DNA from: Octopus sinensis
Taxonomy: Eukaryota
Direction of reading: 5' to 3'
Length of the DNA stretch: 64,000 bases
Assembly: GCF_006345805.1 (NCBI RefSeq)
Contig: NC_043000.1
Span: 75,640,001 to 75,704,000 of the forward strand
Shown: piece after piece, positions 33,701-50,165 of the stretch
How the letters are laid out: each line of letters starts with the position of its first letter
Numbering within the stretch: the stretch's first letter is position 1
Translations under genes and position numbers: made by a program
The notes under the pieces: model-generated
The model's input: only the letters and a program-made list of their open reading frames with translations
Told to the model about the DNA's origin: nothing
Databases searched by the model: none

Positions 33701-34830
33701 CAGGTAGAAACTCCATAAGATGCACCCAATGTAAGTTATGGACACATAAGAGGTGCAGCAACATTAAAGGGAAATTAACAGATAAGATAGCTTTCATGTG
33801 CGGCAGATGCACAGGGACAATAGACACAACAGACACTCAGAAAACAGATTCCATCACACTCCAGGGAGAGAAACTAGAAGTAGTTGATAGTTTCCGCTAC
33901 CTGGGTGACCAAGTTAGTAGCGGAGGTGGATGCACAGAGAGTATCACCACTAGAATACGAATAGCCTGGGCAAAGTTCAGAAAGCTCCTACCCCTACTGG
34001 CAACAAAAGGTCTCTCCCTCAGAGCAAAAGGTAGATTGTATGATGCATGTGTGCGAACTGCCATGCTTCACGGTAATGAAACATGGGCTGTGACTGCAGA
34101 AGACATGCGTAGACTTGAAAGAAATGAAGCTAGCATGATCCGCTGGATGTGTAGTGTCAGTGTGCACGCAAAACAGTGTAAGTATCCTGAGAGAAATGCT
34201 GGATATAAGAAGCATCAGATGTGGTGTGCAAGAGCGACGCTTGCGATGGTATGGTCATGTGCTGCGGATGGATGAAGAGAGATGTGTGAAGAAGTGCCAC
34301 TCCCAAACAGTTGAAGGTATCAGGGGGAGAGGTAGACCCAGGAAGACATGGGATGAGGTGGTCAAGCATGACCTCAGAGCATTGGGCCTCACTGAGGCAA
34401 TGGCGAAGGACCGAGATCTCTGGAGATATGCTGTGACTACAAAGACCCGGGCTGCTTTCTGCAGCAATTCCACATACCCCCTACCCATTCAAAGTACCCC
34501 GGATCCCCAAAGTACCCTGGATCCCCAAAGTACCCCGATCCCCAAAGTACCCCGGACCTCGTTGCCCCCGTGCCGCTGACACGTTAAAATGCTCGAACCG
34601 ATCGTGACGATGCCGGACCCTCCGGCCCCTGTGCAGGTGGCACGTAAAAAGCACCCAATCCACTCACGGAGTGGTTGGCGTTAGGAAGGGCATCCAGCCG
34701 TAGAAACTCTGCCAGATTCAGACTGGAGCCTGGAGCGGCCCCTGGCTTCCCAGACCCGGTCGAACCGTCCAACCCGTGCTAGCGCGGAAAGCGGACGTTA
34801 AACGATGATGATGATGATGATGATGATGAT
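30766..34830 (+). mobile_element. Near full-length RTE LINE (APE endonuclease, RT with PHD-like finger), frameshifted
   Basis: GTINVGTLTGK...CCIQEVRW and GDFNGHVG (endonuclease); 536-aa ORF 32665-34275 with DLEKAFDRV, HQGSALSP, YADD. 33-bp tandem repeat at ~30782-30895, 18-bp repeat at ~34490-34555, (GAT)n tail. Confidence 0.95.
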
Positions 34831-34844
34831 ATATATATATATAT

Positions 34845-37598
34845 GGCATAGAAGACAACTGGAGGTTCCTACAGGACAACCTGCTAAGGGCCACTGACCA
34901 GCTCTGTGGATGGTGCAAAGCCCCCTCTCAACCCAAAATAACGTGGTGGTGGAACAATGTTGTTGACAAGGCTATTAGACAAAAGAAACAGGCTTGGAAG
35001 GACTGGAAGAACAGTGATAGCAGGGAAGTGTATCAGACTGCCAGAAGGGAAGCTAGGAGGCAGGTTTATTTAGCCAGAGGGGAAGCAGATAAGAAAAAAT
35101 TTGCCAATGTTCTGCACCGTGAGGACCAAAGACTTGAGGTATTTTGTCTTGCAAGGCAGTGTGTGAGAGAGAATTGTGATGTGGTAGGAGAGAAATTTGT
35201 TCGCATGGATGATGATTCACTTGCGCTAAATGAGGATGCAAAGAGAGAGGTTTGGAGACGCCACTATGAAAGGTTGCTGAATAAAGAAAATGAATGGGAT
35301 AAAGAAAGACTGCCGAATGTCGACCCAACAGAGAGACCTGCTATCCGAGTTGACAGTTCCTTGGTAGTTAAGGCAATTAGAAGCATGAAGACAGGGAAAG
35401 CCCCAGGCCCATCAAGAATTACTGCAGAAATGCTCAAAATATCTGGTAGTGTCAGCTATAGCCTAGTCACCCGTATAGTTAACCAGGTGATACACGAAAG
35501 AGTCATACCCAATGACTGGTGTACCAGCATAATAATCAACTGCTACAAAGGTAAAGGTGACGCCCTAGATACAAATAATTACAGAGGTATGAAGCTGTTG
35601 GATCAGGTAATGAAGTTTAGGGAGAGAGTAAGTTTGGATGAGATGCAGTTTGGTTTCGTGCCAGGGAAAAGCACCACTGATGCCATATTTCTGGCAGCTG
35701 CAGGAGAAATACCTAGCCAAAGATAAGCCCCTGTACATGGCTTTCGTTGACATGGAGAAAGCCTTTGACAGGGTCCCCCGATCCCTTATCTGGTGGTCAA
35801 TGAGGAAACTAGGGATAGATGAATGGTTAGTGAGAGCTGTGCAAGCCATGTACAGGGAGGCTGTAAGTAAGGTAAGGGTTGGCAACGAGTACACTGAAGA
35901 ATTCAAGGTAGAGGTTGGGGTACACCAGGGTTCAGTCCTCAGCCTCCTCCTATTTATCATAGTCCTCCAGGCAATAACGGAGGAATTCAAGATAGGATGC
36001 CCCTGGGAGCTCCTCTATGCTGACGACCTTGCTCTAATTGCTGAGTCACTATCAGAACTAGAGGAGAAGTATCAAGTGTGGAAACAAGGATTACAATCGA
36101 AGGGCCTTAAAAATCAACCTAGCTAAAACCAAAGTCCAAATAAGTAGGAAGGCAGGCAGACCACAAATCCCTTCAGGTAGATGGCCCTGCTTGATCTGTA
36201 GTAGAGGCGTAGGTAGAAATTCTATAAGATGTACCCAGTGTAAGCTATGGACACATAAGAGGTGCAGTAATATTAAAGGAAGGCTAACTGGAAAGATAGT
36301 TTTTGTATGTGGCAGATGCTCGGGAGCAATAAACACTGAAAATGAGCAGAGACCAGCTTCCGCCACATTCCAGGGAGAAAAACTAGAAGTAGTTGATAGC
36401 TTCCGTTATCTAAGTGACCAAGTCAGTAGCGAAGGAGGGTGCACTGAAAGTGTAGCTGCTAGAATAAGAATAGCTTGGGCAAAGTTCAGAGAGCTCTTAC
36501 CTCTGCTGGTGACAAAGGGCCTCTCGCTCAGAGTAAAAGGTAGACTGTATGACGCATGTGTACGAACAGCCATGCTACACGGCAGTGAAACATGGGCTGT
36601 GACTGCTGAGGACATGCGTAAGCTTGCAAGGAATGAAGCCAGTTTGATCCGATGGATGTGTAATGTCAGTGTGCATACTCGACAGAGTGTAAGTACCTTG
36701 AGAGAAAAGTTGGACCTAAGAAGCATTAGATGTGGTGTGCATGAGAGACGTTCGCGCTGGTGTGGTCATGTAGCGAGAATGGATGAAGATAGTTGTGTGA
36801 AAAAGTGCCACACCCTAGCGGTTGAGGGAACCTGTGGAAGAGGTAGACCCAGGAAAACCTGGGATGAGGTGGTGAAGCACGACCTTCGTACTTTAGGTAT
36901 CATCGAGAAAATGACCAGAGACCGAGACCTTTGGAAGTATGCTGTGCGTGGGAAGACCCGGCAGGACAAATGAGACCATAACCCGTGGCCTCTACCTGGG
37001 ACGTAGCCAGCCCACTTATGCATACCTTTCCTTCTTGTGACACAAACCCTACTTGTGAAGACCTGTTGAGGCAAGTGAGATCCAAATCCAAATCAAAATC
37101 AATTCGATTACTGGCATTCGTGCTAGCAGGATGCAAAGAGCACCATACGAGTGTGATCGTTGACAGAGCGGCTATTCGAGTATGATCGTTACCAGCATTG
37201 CCTTACTGGCACTTATGCCTGTGCTAGCAGGGTGCCAAGAGCACCATCCGAGCGTGATCGTTGCCAGAGCAGCCAACTGGCTTCCATACTCGTGGCATGT
37301 AAAAGGGCACCATTCGAGCGTGATCGTTACGAACGATTCCTCACTGACACCTGCGCCGGTGGCACGTGTAAAAAGATTCGAGTGAGGTCGTTGCCAGTGC
37401 CGCCTGACTGGCCCCCGTGCCGGTGGCACGTAAAAAGCACCCACTACACTCTCGGAGTGGTTGACGTTAGGAAGGGCATCCAGCTGTAGAAACTCTGCCA
37501 GATCAAGATTGGAGCCTGGTGCAGCCATCTGGCTCGCCATCCCTCAGTCCAACCCATGCTAGCATGGAAAGCGGACGTTAAACGATGATGATGATGAT
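34845..37598 (+). mobile_element. 5'-truncated RTE LINE of a related subfamily, head-to-tail with the previous copy
   Basis: RT fragments 35028-36973 homologous to 32665-34275. Ends gcggacgttaaacgatgatgatgat. Confidence 0.93.
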
Positions 37599-37615
37599 AT
37601 ATATACATACATATA

Positions 37616-39480
37616 TGTAACGGTTGTTGTTAAGGTGTTGGTTGCCAGTATGCAAGATGGAAGAAGAAGAGTGATTGAAGTTGTAAAGAAATATTTATTT
37701 ACTTTAATATATGCCATACCACAACGAGCAGGTGTGTGTATCATAAAAACAATAGTTACCTTTTCTTGTATGTTGTTGTTGCTTATGTTTGGTCAACTGC
37801 TAGCTGCCTAACTAGGAATTAGAGGAAAATAGAGTGAATGTTAAGTGTAGGAAGTCAATAAAATGATACCTTCATTGTGCCTGACATTTAAACAGCAGCG
37901 GTGTTGTGATAAGACACTGTATCGTAGTTGACATTTTCATTGTAAGCCTTCTCACAGTTGAATTATCTCACTAACTGCATTCTGCCTATGGTTGCCTCTA
38001 CGTCATCTCCTTTTTGCCAACTTCACTTTCTCCTACGGTGAAATTATCCAAACTAGTCAGAAAGAGAGACATATTGTTGAGAACAATGAATTTTGTTGGT
38101 GGTCTGTTATCTCTAGTCTAGCTTTTGGTGGCCTAGAAGAGAACGAAAATCATGGCTGAGGAAAAATCTTGCATATCAGGAGAGAGGATTATTGAAGTGT
38201 ATACAGGACATACTCAAGTGAGCCTGGATAGCAGTGTCACTTTGGATGCCAAAATGTGTGCGGTCAGTGACTGTGCAGTATGGAAAATGAGTTGGCGCGT
38301 ATATACGAATGCAGGTGCACGTATCAAAATTCATTGTAAAATAAGCTCAGGTCAGCGTGTGAGTGTATTCTCAATCCATGATATCGTAGGTCTTCCTGCA
38401 AGATTGCCGTGTGTGAAATGCCTTGAAGGTTTTTCAGAACTGAAATAATAATAATAATAATACAATTGGTGACCCCTGACTGCAACAAAGAACTAACCAT
38501 TACAAATTGGTGACCACTGACTCCACCTTAACCCCATCGTTACACAGCTGATCCCCAAGCTAAAGAATGACAACCTTCGTCACCATCAAGATGCACCCTC
38601 ATTCGACCTAATACAGAAAGCTTTGTAGTGCGATCCATACTGCGGTACACTTCACAACAATGCAACACTGCTGACGCTCAAAGAATTCATTCACCATGGA
38701 AGCCAATAAATGCATAATTTCGACAGCTACATCCCCAGAAACCAACTAGAAGAAATTATGGAAGCCCGCACATGCAACCTTTTCGCCACATACACACTTT
38801 TCGTCTTGTCCTAATTTACAAACCTTACATTGTCTACAAACTTTTGCACATATATAAGACTCTTATATAGACTCTCAACAACTCTTTTTCTATGCATACA
38901 CATCTTTTTTCACTTTCAGCAGTAGACTTTTAACAAAGGACACTATTTCCAGCTTTGTTTCCCACCTTTGTTTACTCATTTCTGTACTGTGCATTTCTTT
39001 TGCTGCACCACACAACGTTCATTCATGTACCTGCTTGTTAAAACTGTCACATGTAGATACAACTTGTTTCTGTCAGACCCTGGGTCAGTCACGTATACAT
39101 AGAGAAAGTTGTTCGTCCCTTACAATGCGCCAGCATGCCATACTTTTGCTCCTGCATGTTCAAGATATTTAATACCTCATGCATTGGCTGGCATAATCAG
39201 CACTGTCTCAGTCACTGGCATATTCATCACTGTTTTGTATTTGTAATCACTGCACTAGCATACTACCTGGCCTTGTGCACGCATCTGCACACGCACCTCT
39301 ATTATGCCTACTTCCTTGTTTTTCAACATATCCGTGCCAGCTCAGCTCTTTTCCCGACTCAATGCATGTCGGATGTTCACACGCTCTGCGCTCATGTTAA
39401 ACATACTTTCCCTCTGTTAGATCCTTGTTTGGTCACGTAATGAATGGAGAAAATTACCTGTCTTGCTCATAACTCCAGCA
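37616..39480. mobile_element. Rearranged non-autonomous LTR element (element C, family of B)
   Basis: 37616-38440 resembles B's LTR and 22255-22550 in the same orientation. 38461-39480 starts taca-at-tggtgacccc (PBS) and matches the reverse complement of 22620-23905. Confidence 0.7.
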
Positions 39481-39489
39481 GGCTACACT

Positions 39490-39975
39490 GTCGATCTTGC
39501 TAACCTCAGCGATTACCCACAACAATAGAACCAGACACATTTTGCAACCAAACGCATAACCTCCATCAGACACCTACCATATTCTGAGCGCCTTGTTTCC
39601 CTGGGCATGGATTCACTGAAGCTCCGGCGTCTGGCGACGGACTTGGTAAACACCCACAAATTTATCAACCACCTCACCAACAACAACACTGAACACCTTT
39701 TTGATCTCCATGTGTCTAACACACGTGGACATGCCTACAAAGTCAGAAAACAACACAGCTCCCATGACTTTCGGAAACATTTTTTTCACGCTCAGAGTTG
39801 CTGAAGCATGGAATAAACTGCCTGCGTCAGTTGTTGACTGCCATGACACTGCATCCTTTAAGGCCCTCATGCTTTCCGAAATCCGCCGAAACTACACCTG
39901 ATTATATATACACTTTAGATGAGTTGTAGTGCACCTGAGCACTGTACACAATTATTATTATTATTATTATTATTA
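39490..39975 (+). mobile_element. 3' fragment of a CR1 LINE with (ATT)n tail
   Basis: YSERLVSLGMDSLKLRR...NTRGHAYKVRK...FRKHFF..RVAEAWNKLP are CR1 C-terminal motifs. Confidence 0.85.
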
Positions 39976-41231
39976 CTTTTTTTCTTCTTTCAAATTTGCT
40001 TCCATTTCTTGCCGAGTGTCTTCCCGACTCCTAGGGCAAAGAAACTCATAGTGTATATTGGTAGGCCATTAAACCAAACTCAGTAGTTCGTTCATTTTTT
40101 TTTTTTTTTTTTTGTAAAGTTAAATTAAAATACATGAGCAGCAACAGTTCTCACATCGACAATGCTCTTCTCAATACGTGTGATGTACCAGTTAAGACAA
40201 TCTTTTGCACTTCTTGCAGGGATGGTAAGCCAGGGATCATTCTCATATAATTTTCGGTTCCCTTCTTGATCATTCCTAGTGCTCCTACGATCACTGGTAT
40301 TGTAACCGCCTTGAGATGCCACATTTTCTCAATTTCAATGAGTAGGTCTTTATATTTTCTGAGCTTGTCAAACTCTTTCGCTGAGATATTATGATCACAG
40401 GGGATGCTCATGTCGATCAATAAGCAAACTTTATTGTTTTGGTCTTTCACAACAATATCTGGTTTATTGGCCTTGATGGTTCGGTCTGTATGTACTGGAA
40501 AGTCCCACAGAATGGTTACATTTTCTCCTTCAGTTACAGCCTCAGGGTGGTGATTATACCACTTGTCGGCAGTTTTGATATTGTAATGCCGACTTATTAG
40601 CCAGTGGAGATATTGGCCAACTCTGTCATGTCTTAATTTATACTCCACTGGTGCTAAGACTTTACATCCAGAGATTAGGTGGTCCACTGTTTCAATCATG
40701 TCGTTGCAGAATCGGCATTTTGGGTCTGCTCCACTTTTCATCACATTGGCCTGGTAGTTCCGGGTTAATAGGCTTTGGTCTTGAGCAGCCAGGATGAAAC
40801 CTTTGCTCTCTGCTTTTAGCCGTGAGCTCCGTAGCCACTGATGGGTTTGCTTCTGGTCAACATCAGCTTGTTTGCTGCGGGTCACATATTTGCCGTGCAG
40901 AGGTTTCTCCTCCCACCTATCAGCCAATTGCTCGTGCGCTTTTTTCATTGCCATCATTTTCACCTTCTTTGCAACAATAGTTGCCTTACTTCCCTCGGGT
41001 TGTTCAGTTTGGGTATCCTGCACGAGACCAATAGCAAATTTTTTGCTTTCCTTGATGATAGAATGAAGCTTCTTTCGTCTCTCGTGATTTTCCACGAGCT
41101 TTAGCATCCAGTCATTCGATATTTCGAGATATTTGGCCAGTCCAATTGTGGTTGTTTTGTAAGCTAGTTCAAATTGGATCAGGCCTCGACCTCCTTGGGC
41201 TCTGGGAAGGTAAAGGCGATCTACGTCTGCC
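39976..41231 (-). mobile_element. 5'-truncated R4/Dong-clade non-LTR element (restriction-like endonuclease)
   Basis: KADVDRLYLP...GGRGL; 318-aa ORF 40151-41107 with CRFC...HLISGC, RHD, KPDIVV, IDMSIP, KYKDL, VIVGALG. Flanked on both sides by (TAA)n. Confidence 0.9.
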
Positions 41232-43975
<2,744 letters not shown>

Positions 43976-43979
43976 CGTC

Positions 43980-44080
43980 TTCACATTCCTCGAGGAGGTT
44001 TACATAATGGTTCAATTTTCGAGCCCGAGCGGCGTCCATATTATCTTCATGAGGAACCGTTAACTCGACTATATTTACAA
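43980..44080 (-). pseudogene. HERO-clade restriction-like endonuclease fragment, continuation of 51081-52075
   Basis: VNIVELTVPHEDNMDAARARKLNHYVNLLEECEDAG. Shares a 16-bp repeat (44065-44080) with 51081-51096. Confidence 0.75.
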
Positions 44081-45345
44081 GACTAGGGTAAAAGGAATTA
44101 AGACAGGCAAATTTATCTCTGGTCATAATTTACGATCTTTCTTTTCTTTTCATTTAAAAATGGAAGCTGTGGCTGGAGAAGAAGTGTCTGTCGGAGTGTA
44201 CGTTCCAAAAGAGATGGAAGCATATTGCACGAGTGTTGGGCGTGCAAGGAACCGTGGGTCAAAAAGAAAATATTGTTACGGGGGGACCTCCGAAGAACGA
44301 AAGCTGTTACGGAATCCCTCACACAGGCCCGATCGATCAGTAAATGTACGCCACGGAAACTCGGAGAGGAGAGAGAGAGAGACAACAACTAAAACAGCAG
44401 CCGCAAGAAGAGACACAGAGGCAATCGAGAGAGACACAAAGAAGGCAATTGGCTACGTTTAACAACTAGTTTATATGACTATTAATTGTTACAACATCAA
44501 ATACATATCAGATACATTTAAAGAGGAAATACATGCAAGTAACAGAATCAACACATCACAGCATTTAAACAGCATTTAAAGAGTACACGTCGAATTAAAC
44601 AACAAATCAATACATCATACTGTCCGGAGATAACAGTTCTGTAACACATATCAGCACAGTTCACATTGTTCATTAAATTCTTTTCAACAACTCTGTACAC
44701 AATGTCTTTGCACAGTTCTCTTTAGCCTTTCCTTTATAACCATCAACAACATAAACAATGTTCTTTTTACTCTCTCATTTCTTTTACATTTCAATACATC
44801 GATTCTTCTTCCTTCTTTTTCTTCACATATCAATACAACAATTCACGTACCGTAGTTCCTACTATAATAGCCAATGTCTCATATTGTACCTCATCTCTCT
44901 TAGCACTGCTAAATCCAACTGCCACTGGCCCGCCTTAAATACCAAATCCTCACTGCTAAATCCAACCGCTCGCCTTGACTACCAAATACCGACTGCCAAA
45001 TCCAACTTGCTCTGTCCTCGACTGCCTGTCACTACCCCAATCTCTCTCTGCTGGAACTCCCTCAGTTCCTTAATCTGTCTTCCTCAGCCCTCAACATTTC
45101 TCTCACCGTCTCTCACAAACTGAACTCTAATTCACCTGAAAGGGTCGGGCAGCTTCCCCAGAGCTAATTAATCAACCCGCATCTGGCAGGACAATGGATT
45201 CATCCCCAAAGTAGGTCGCCGGCTCTGTCCTTAAGTTGAACTCACAACAATATAAAATTATACCAGCGGTAGATCAGAGCTTGTGGGGTCGGAGCGTGAC
45301 CTGATCATCGCTTCATTTGTATTGTCTTTTGTATTGTTTATATAT

Positions 45346-48300
45346 TAAATCCTTAAATCCTTAAAAATGTTTTAGCCCGAAGGCCGCGGCCATGCTGGGG
45401 CACCACCGCTGAATGAGCTACACTAATTTGTGAATCCACCTCTGATACGTGGCACTTGATCAACAAGGGAGTTCGATGCTGCTGCCCGCATCCGCGTCTC
45501 CTGTCGTGAGGTAGGCTCATCTGGGACTCCCAACAAGAAGAGATCCAGTTTAGTTTTAAAGAAACCCACATCCACACCATGTAAGTCTCTCAGGCATTTA
45601 GGGAGGATGTTAAAGAGCTGTGGTCCTCTGAAACCCAAGCTGTTGCAGTATCTGGACCTGTATTTTGATGGTGATGTTGGAATCCTTGGCACCATGCAGT
45701 GGCGCCCCGTTCTGCGGTTGGAGTAACTTTGAATGCCAAAGTTTGTGACAAGACCTTCCAGGATTTTCCAGATGTATATCACCGCATATCTCTCCCGCCT
45801 CCGCTCTAGGGAGAAGAGGTTTAATACCTTCAGTCTTTCCCAGTAGCTGATATTTTGCATTGAGACGATTTTCTTTGTGTAGCTTCTCTGAATTGCTTCG
45901 AGTTTTGCTGTTAGTTTTATATTGTGTGGTGACCAAAGTTGGGAGCAGTAGTCCAAGCGGCTGAGGACGAATGTTTTCCATAGGACCATCAGTGTCTCCT
46001 TCTCTCTTGTTCTGAAAGTTCGGAGAATCCATCCAGCTAGCCGTCTGCATTTTATCACCAGATTAGCAATATGCATTTGGAAAGATGCATCATTGCTCAT
46101 GTCAATGCCCAGGTCACGCACTGATCTTGACTCAGGGATTGCAATTCTTCCTGGGCCAGTGTATCCAGTCTTCACGTCATTTACCTTTGTGTGCCAGTAG
46201 CGCAGGGCCTGGAACTTACCTGCATTAAACTGCATGTTGTTGTCCTCAGCCCACCTGTATATTGTGTCCAGCTCATGTTGCAGATGCACAATATTTTCAG
46301 GGTTTTGTATTGCGTGGGAGACTTTTGTGTCATCTGCATAGCTAGCAAGGGTGGTCATCGTAGCAACTGAAGGCATGTCTGAAAGGGCTACTATGAACAT
46401 CAGTGGCCCCAAGACAGTGCCCTGTGGGACACCGCTTGTTATTTGCGTTTCCTTGGAGGTGGCTCCATTGCTCACAACTGCCTGTTTTCTGTCTTTGGAA
46501 GTTGTGCAGCCACTCTCCAAGTTTCCCGCCTATGCCGAGACCACGCAGTTTGTGACAGATCATACCATGGTCGACTTTATCAAAGGCTTTTGCAAAGTCG
46601 AGATATATTACATCCACATTTGAGCCATTTAGTAGCTGTTTCAACACCCAGTCATAGTGTTGCAGGAGCTGTGTTAGGCAGCCTCTACCTGGTCGAAATC
46701 CATGCTGGGTGTCAGACAGCAAGTCATTTTCTTCAAGGAACATGATTAGTTTCTTACGGACTATTCGTTCCATGACTTTGCTGATGTGTGAGGTCAGAGA
46801 GATAGGCCTATAATTTTTAGCATCTGCTCTGCTACCTCCCTTATGGATAGGGCATATTACCCCCTCTTTCAATTTGACTGGGAGCTTACCACTTGCAAGA
46901 AAGCTCTGAAAAAGAAGCTGTAGCGGTTTTGCAAGGGCTCGTTTGCACGATTTGAGAAGGATCGCTGGGAATCCATCAGGTCCAGCAGCTGAGTTTGTGT
47001 CAATCTCATCAATGGCTAGTGTGATATCATCATCTTCGATGTTGATGTACTCAATTTTTGTCTCTTTGGCCGAGGTAAAGTGGCAAAGAATTCTTCTGGG
47101 TTGTTTACTTGCCTGTGTCCTAGAGGTGTAGTGAACACACTTTGGAACTGTTCGTTCAGTATTTCACTTATCCTCGTGGGATTTCCTGTGAGAGAGCCAT
47201 CTTTTTGGAAGAGAGGTCCTATTCTCTGGTGCACTGTGGCTGTCTCTTTGGCAAACTTAAAGAAAGCTTTAGGGTTTGATTTTATATTTTCTATTACCCA
47301 AGCTTCTTTATCTGCTCTCTCCTTTTCATGGGACTGATGTAGACTTTTCTCAGTTTCCATTAGCATTCTTTCGAGCCGAGACTTCTCACCACTTTTGGTG
47401 TGCTTGCTCAGGCGGTTTGCAATCCTTGTCCGTCGTCTCATAAGAATCCTCCTTTCTCTAGGGATCCTGTTTTTGTTCTTGTGTGTGCTGGCCCTGCACA
47501 CTGGGACATATTTGTCATATATGGCTTGTATTATGGACATGAAGTGTTTGTGTTTCATGTTTATGTTCGGTGTGGAGAGACATTCAGGCCAATCCTGTTT
47601 GAGGATCTCTTTCTCAATCAACTTCCAGTTGGCTTTATGAAAGTTTAAGTTGGAGAGATGGTGGGTGCTTCGTATAGGCTGTGTGTCTACGGGGGCTTTT
47701 GTTCCATACCTAGACAGCTCTATTATGTTGTGATCCGAGATCATTGTCGGCATCACATTAACATTATGGATAATATCCATATTGTTTGTGAAGCAGAGAT
47801 CCAGTATATTATCTGCCCTTGTTGGTTGCAGAACTATTTGCTCCATGAAAGAGGCATTTGTGAGATGGAGCAGGGACTCCACCTGTGCCTGCTGATGGTG
47901 TGTCATCCCTGGGAGCATCTGCCCCCCAGGCCATTCCACATTGGGGAGGTTAAAGTCACCCATGAAGAATACACTGTTGTGCTGTTCAAGGTTGGTGAGG
48001 ACTTCTCCTATTTTTGTTAGGCAGTCTTCAAACATACCTGAGTGATTTGGGGCATCTGGTGGGCGATATGTAGTGCATATGACGATATTCAGTTGTCTTA
48101 TGTGTACAATTTGAGTTTCACATACTGAGTTTGAATATGACAGCAGGACCTGGGGCGTGAGGTCATCTCGGATGTACATTGCAACTCCACCATAGCTCCT
48201 CCCTTTTCTATCTGTGCGTATGACTGCATATTGCGGCATGTGTATCTCTGCATCACCTATATCGGGTTCAAGATGCGTTTCTGTGAGTGCCATGCATATA

Positions 48301-49300
48301 GCTTGATTGCATGTCACAAGGTCTCTCAGGAATGAAATTTTCTTTTTACAGTTTCCGCGCAGCAGCCCTCCTACATTCAGTAGAAATATTTTTGTGGTGT
48401 GTGTGTTGGTGTTGGTGTCTGTGGTGGCCATCCTGCATCTGTTGGAGGTGGCCTTATGTGGTGGTAGTTCCAGCTTTGTGCTTGTAGCCAGGTCAGCTGC
48501 TGAACAATTTTTTTGTGCCATGCACAAAAACGATTGCTGTTCAGCTGCCGCCCTTCTCACATCTGGGTGAAGCTGGCCACCTGTTGGGTTTCCGCGCACC
48601 ACATCTGCATACTGTCTTTCAGTAGTGGTCAGTGCGCTTTTTTCCCTTCTTTTAACTTTTTCTTTTTGTTCTCCCTGAGGGAGGGACCTCTGTCTCGCGT
48701 CCGTGCGGTTTTGGTAGGGCCTCCGATGTGCAAAGCGACAGTTTGCACCTTCGACGCCGTACCAGCAGTCCCCCCTCAGGTAGAATTTGCAGATGTTTCC
48801 TTCTTTGCCCTTATAGTTCTTGCTGGGGTCCTTTTGTTTTCTCTGGACAGGGTTTCTTTTAGCTTTGATTTTGTCGCCTTTTACCTCCTGTTTCCCATCA
48901 ATTTTAGGGTGCTTTTCTTTTCTTGCGGCCATCGCACCTCTTTGGTCTTCAGTTGTGGTGTTGGGAGCTGGACATGTGTCATTGTTTCCCTGTGTTCTAG
49001 GTTTCTCCGTTTGGTTCTGGATGTTTTCTTCATCCTTTTGGCCTTCCCTGGTGCCGTCACCTCCTAGGATGATCTCCAGGGTGTCTACATGTTGCCTGAT
49101 TAGAGCGTACGAACGGATAAATTCTCGCTTCTTTCGCTCTATCTGGGCGGTGGTTCTCGAAAAATTGTTGCTTTTCAGCGCCGCTGCAATAATATTGTTC
49201 GGCGAGTCGTACTCAGCAATCTTCCAAGCGCGGACGAACAATTGCACCTCTCTCGCAGACCAGTTTCTTGCCATTTTCGTCTAGTGAAATATAGGAACAG
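45346..49300 (-). mobile_element. CR1-group LINE, near full length
   Basis: 752-aa ORF 47016-49274 (N-terminal domains plus APE endonuclease: LNVGGL, GDFNLP, SDHN). RT in 46342-46872 and 45423-46520 (DFAKAFDKV, PQGTVLGP, YADD). Tail of (aaggattt) repeats on the minus strand. Confidence 0.92.
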
Positions 49301-50165
49301 AAAGAGAGAGAGAGAAGGAAAGATAAGATAGAGAGGGAGAAGAGAAAGGAGAAAAGCCAGGGGGGGATAGAGAGAGAGACGAGGGGATCGTCCTGAGAGA
49401 AGAGAGAAAGAGAGAAAATAAAGAGGGAAAAAGAGAAAAGAGAAAGAATGGCAGGTCAGCAGGGGGAGAGTGAGCGGGATAGAGGTGTAGTAGAAAGAAA
49501 GTAAAGGGACAGGGTGGAAAAGAGAGACAAGAGGGTGGACCCTAGGGGGAGCAGGGAGAAGAAAGGCGGAGAGATAAAATGGAGAGGGAGAGAGAGAGAG
49601 AGGGCAGGATAGAGGTACCAGGGAGTGAAGTAAAGGGACAGAGAGGGTGGTGTGGAGGAAGGAGACAGAAAGAGGAAAAAAGAGACAAGGGGGTGAGCCT
49701 TAGAGGGAGCAGGGAGAGGAAAGGTCGGAAGAAAAAAGGGTAAGAGGGAGAGAGGGGGCGCAACAGAGGTGCAACAGCGTGTAGTAAAGGGACAGGGAGG
49801 GTGGTGTAGAGAAAGAAATAAGGGAACAGAAGGGGAAGAGGAAAAGGGGTTTGACCTGTGAAGGAGCGGAGAGGAAAGAGGCAGAGAGAGGGAGGGGGAG
49901 TAACAGAGAGAGAGAGAAAGAGGGCGGTATATAGATACAAGAGAGAATGAGTGAAGTTGAGGAACTGAGAGGGGGGGTGAGATGTGAGAAAGTTGATCTG
50001 AGAGAGATGCAGAAAGAGAAACGATGGCAGAGGGAGAGAGAGGGAGGAGGGGAGAGTGAGAGCGGAAATAGAGGGTCTTGTGGATGGAGAGACAGATAAG
50101 GTATAAACTGTATGAGAGAGATAGAAATAGAAATGTAAGAAAGAGAAGGAGAGAGTGTGTGGCAA
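49300..50165. repeat. GA-rich polypurine low-complexity tract
   Basis: Directly visible. It may be the 5' UTR of the CR1 LINE. Confidence 0.85.
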
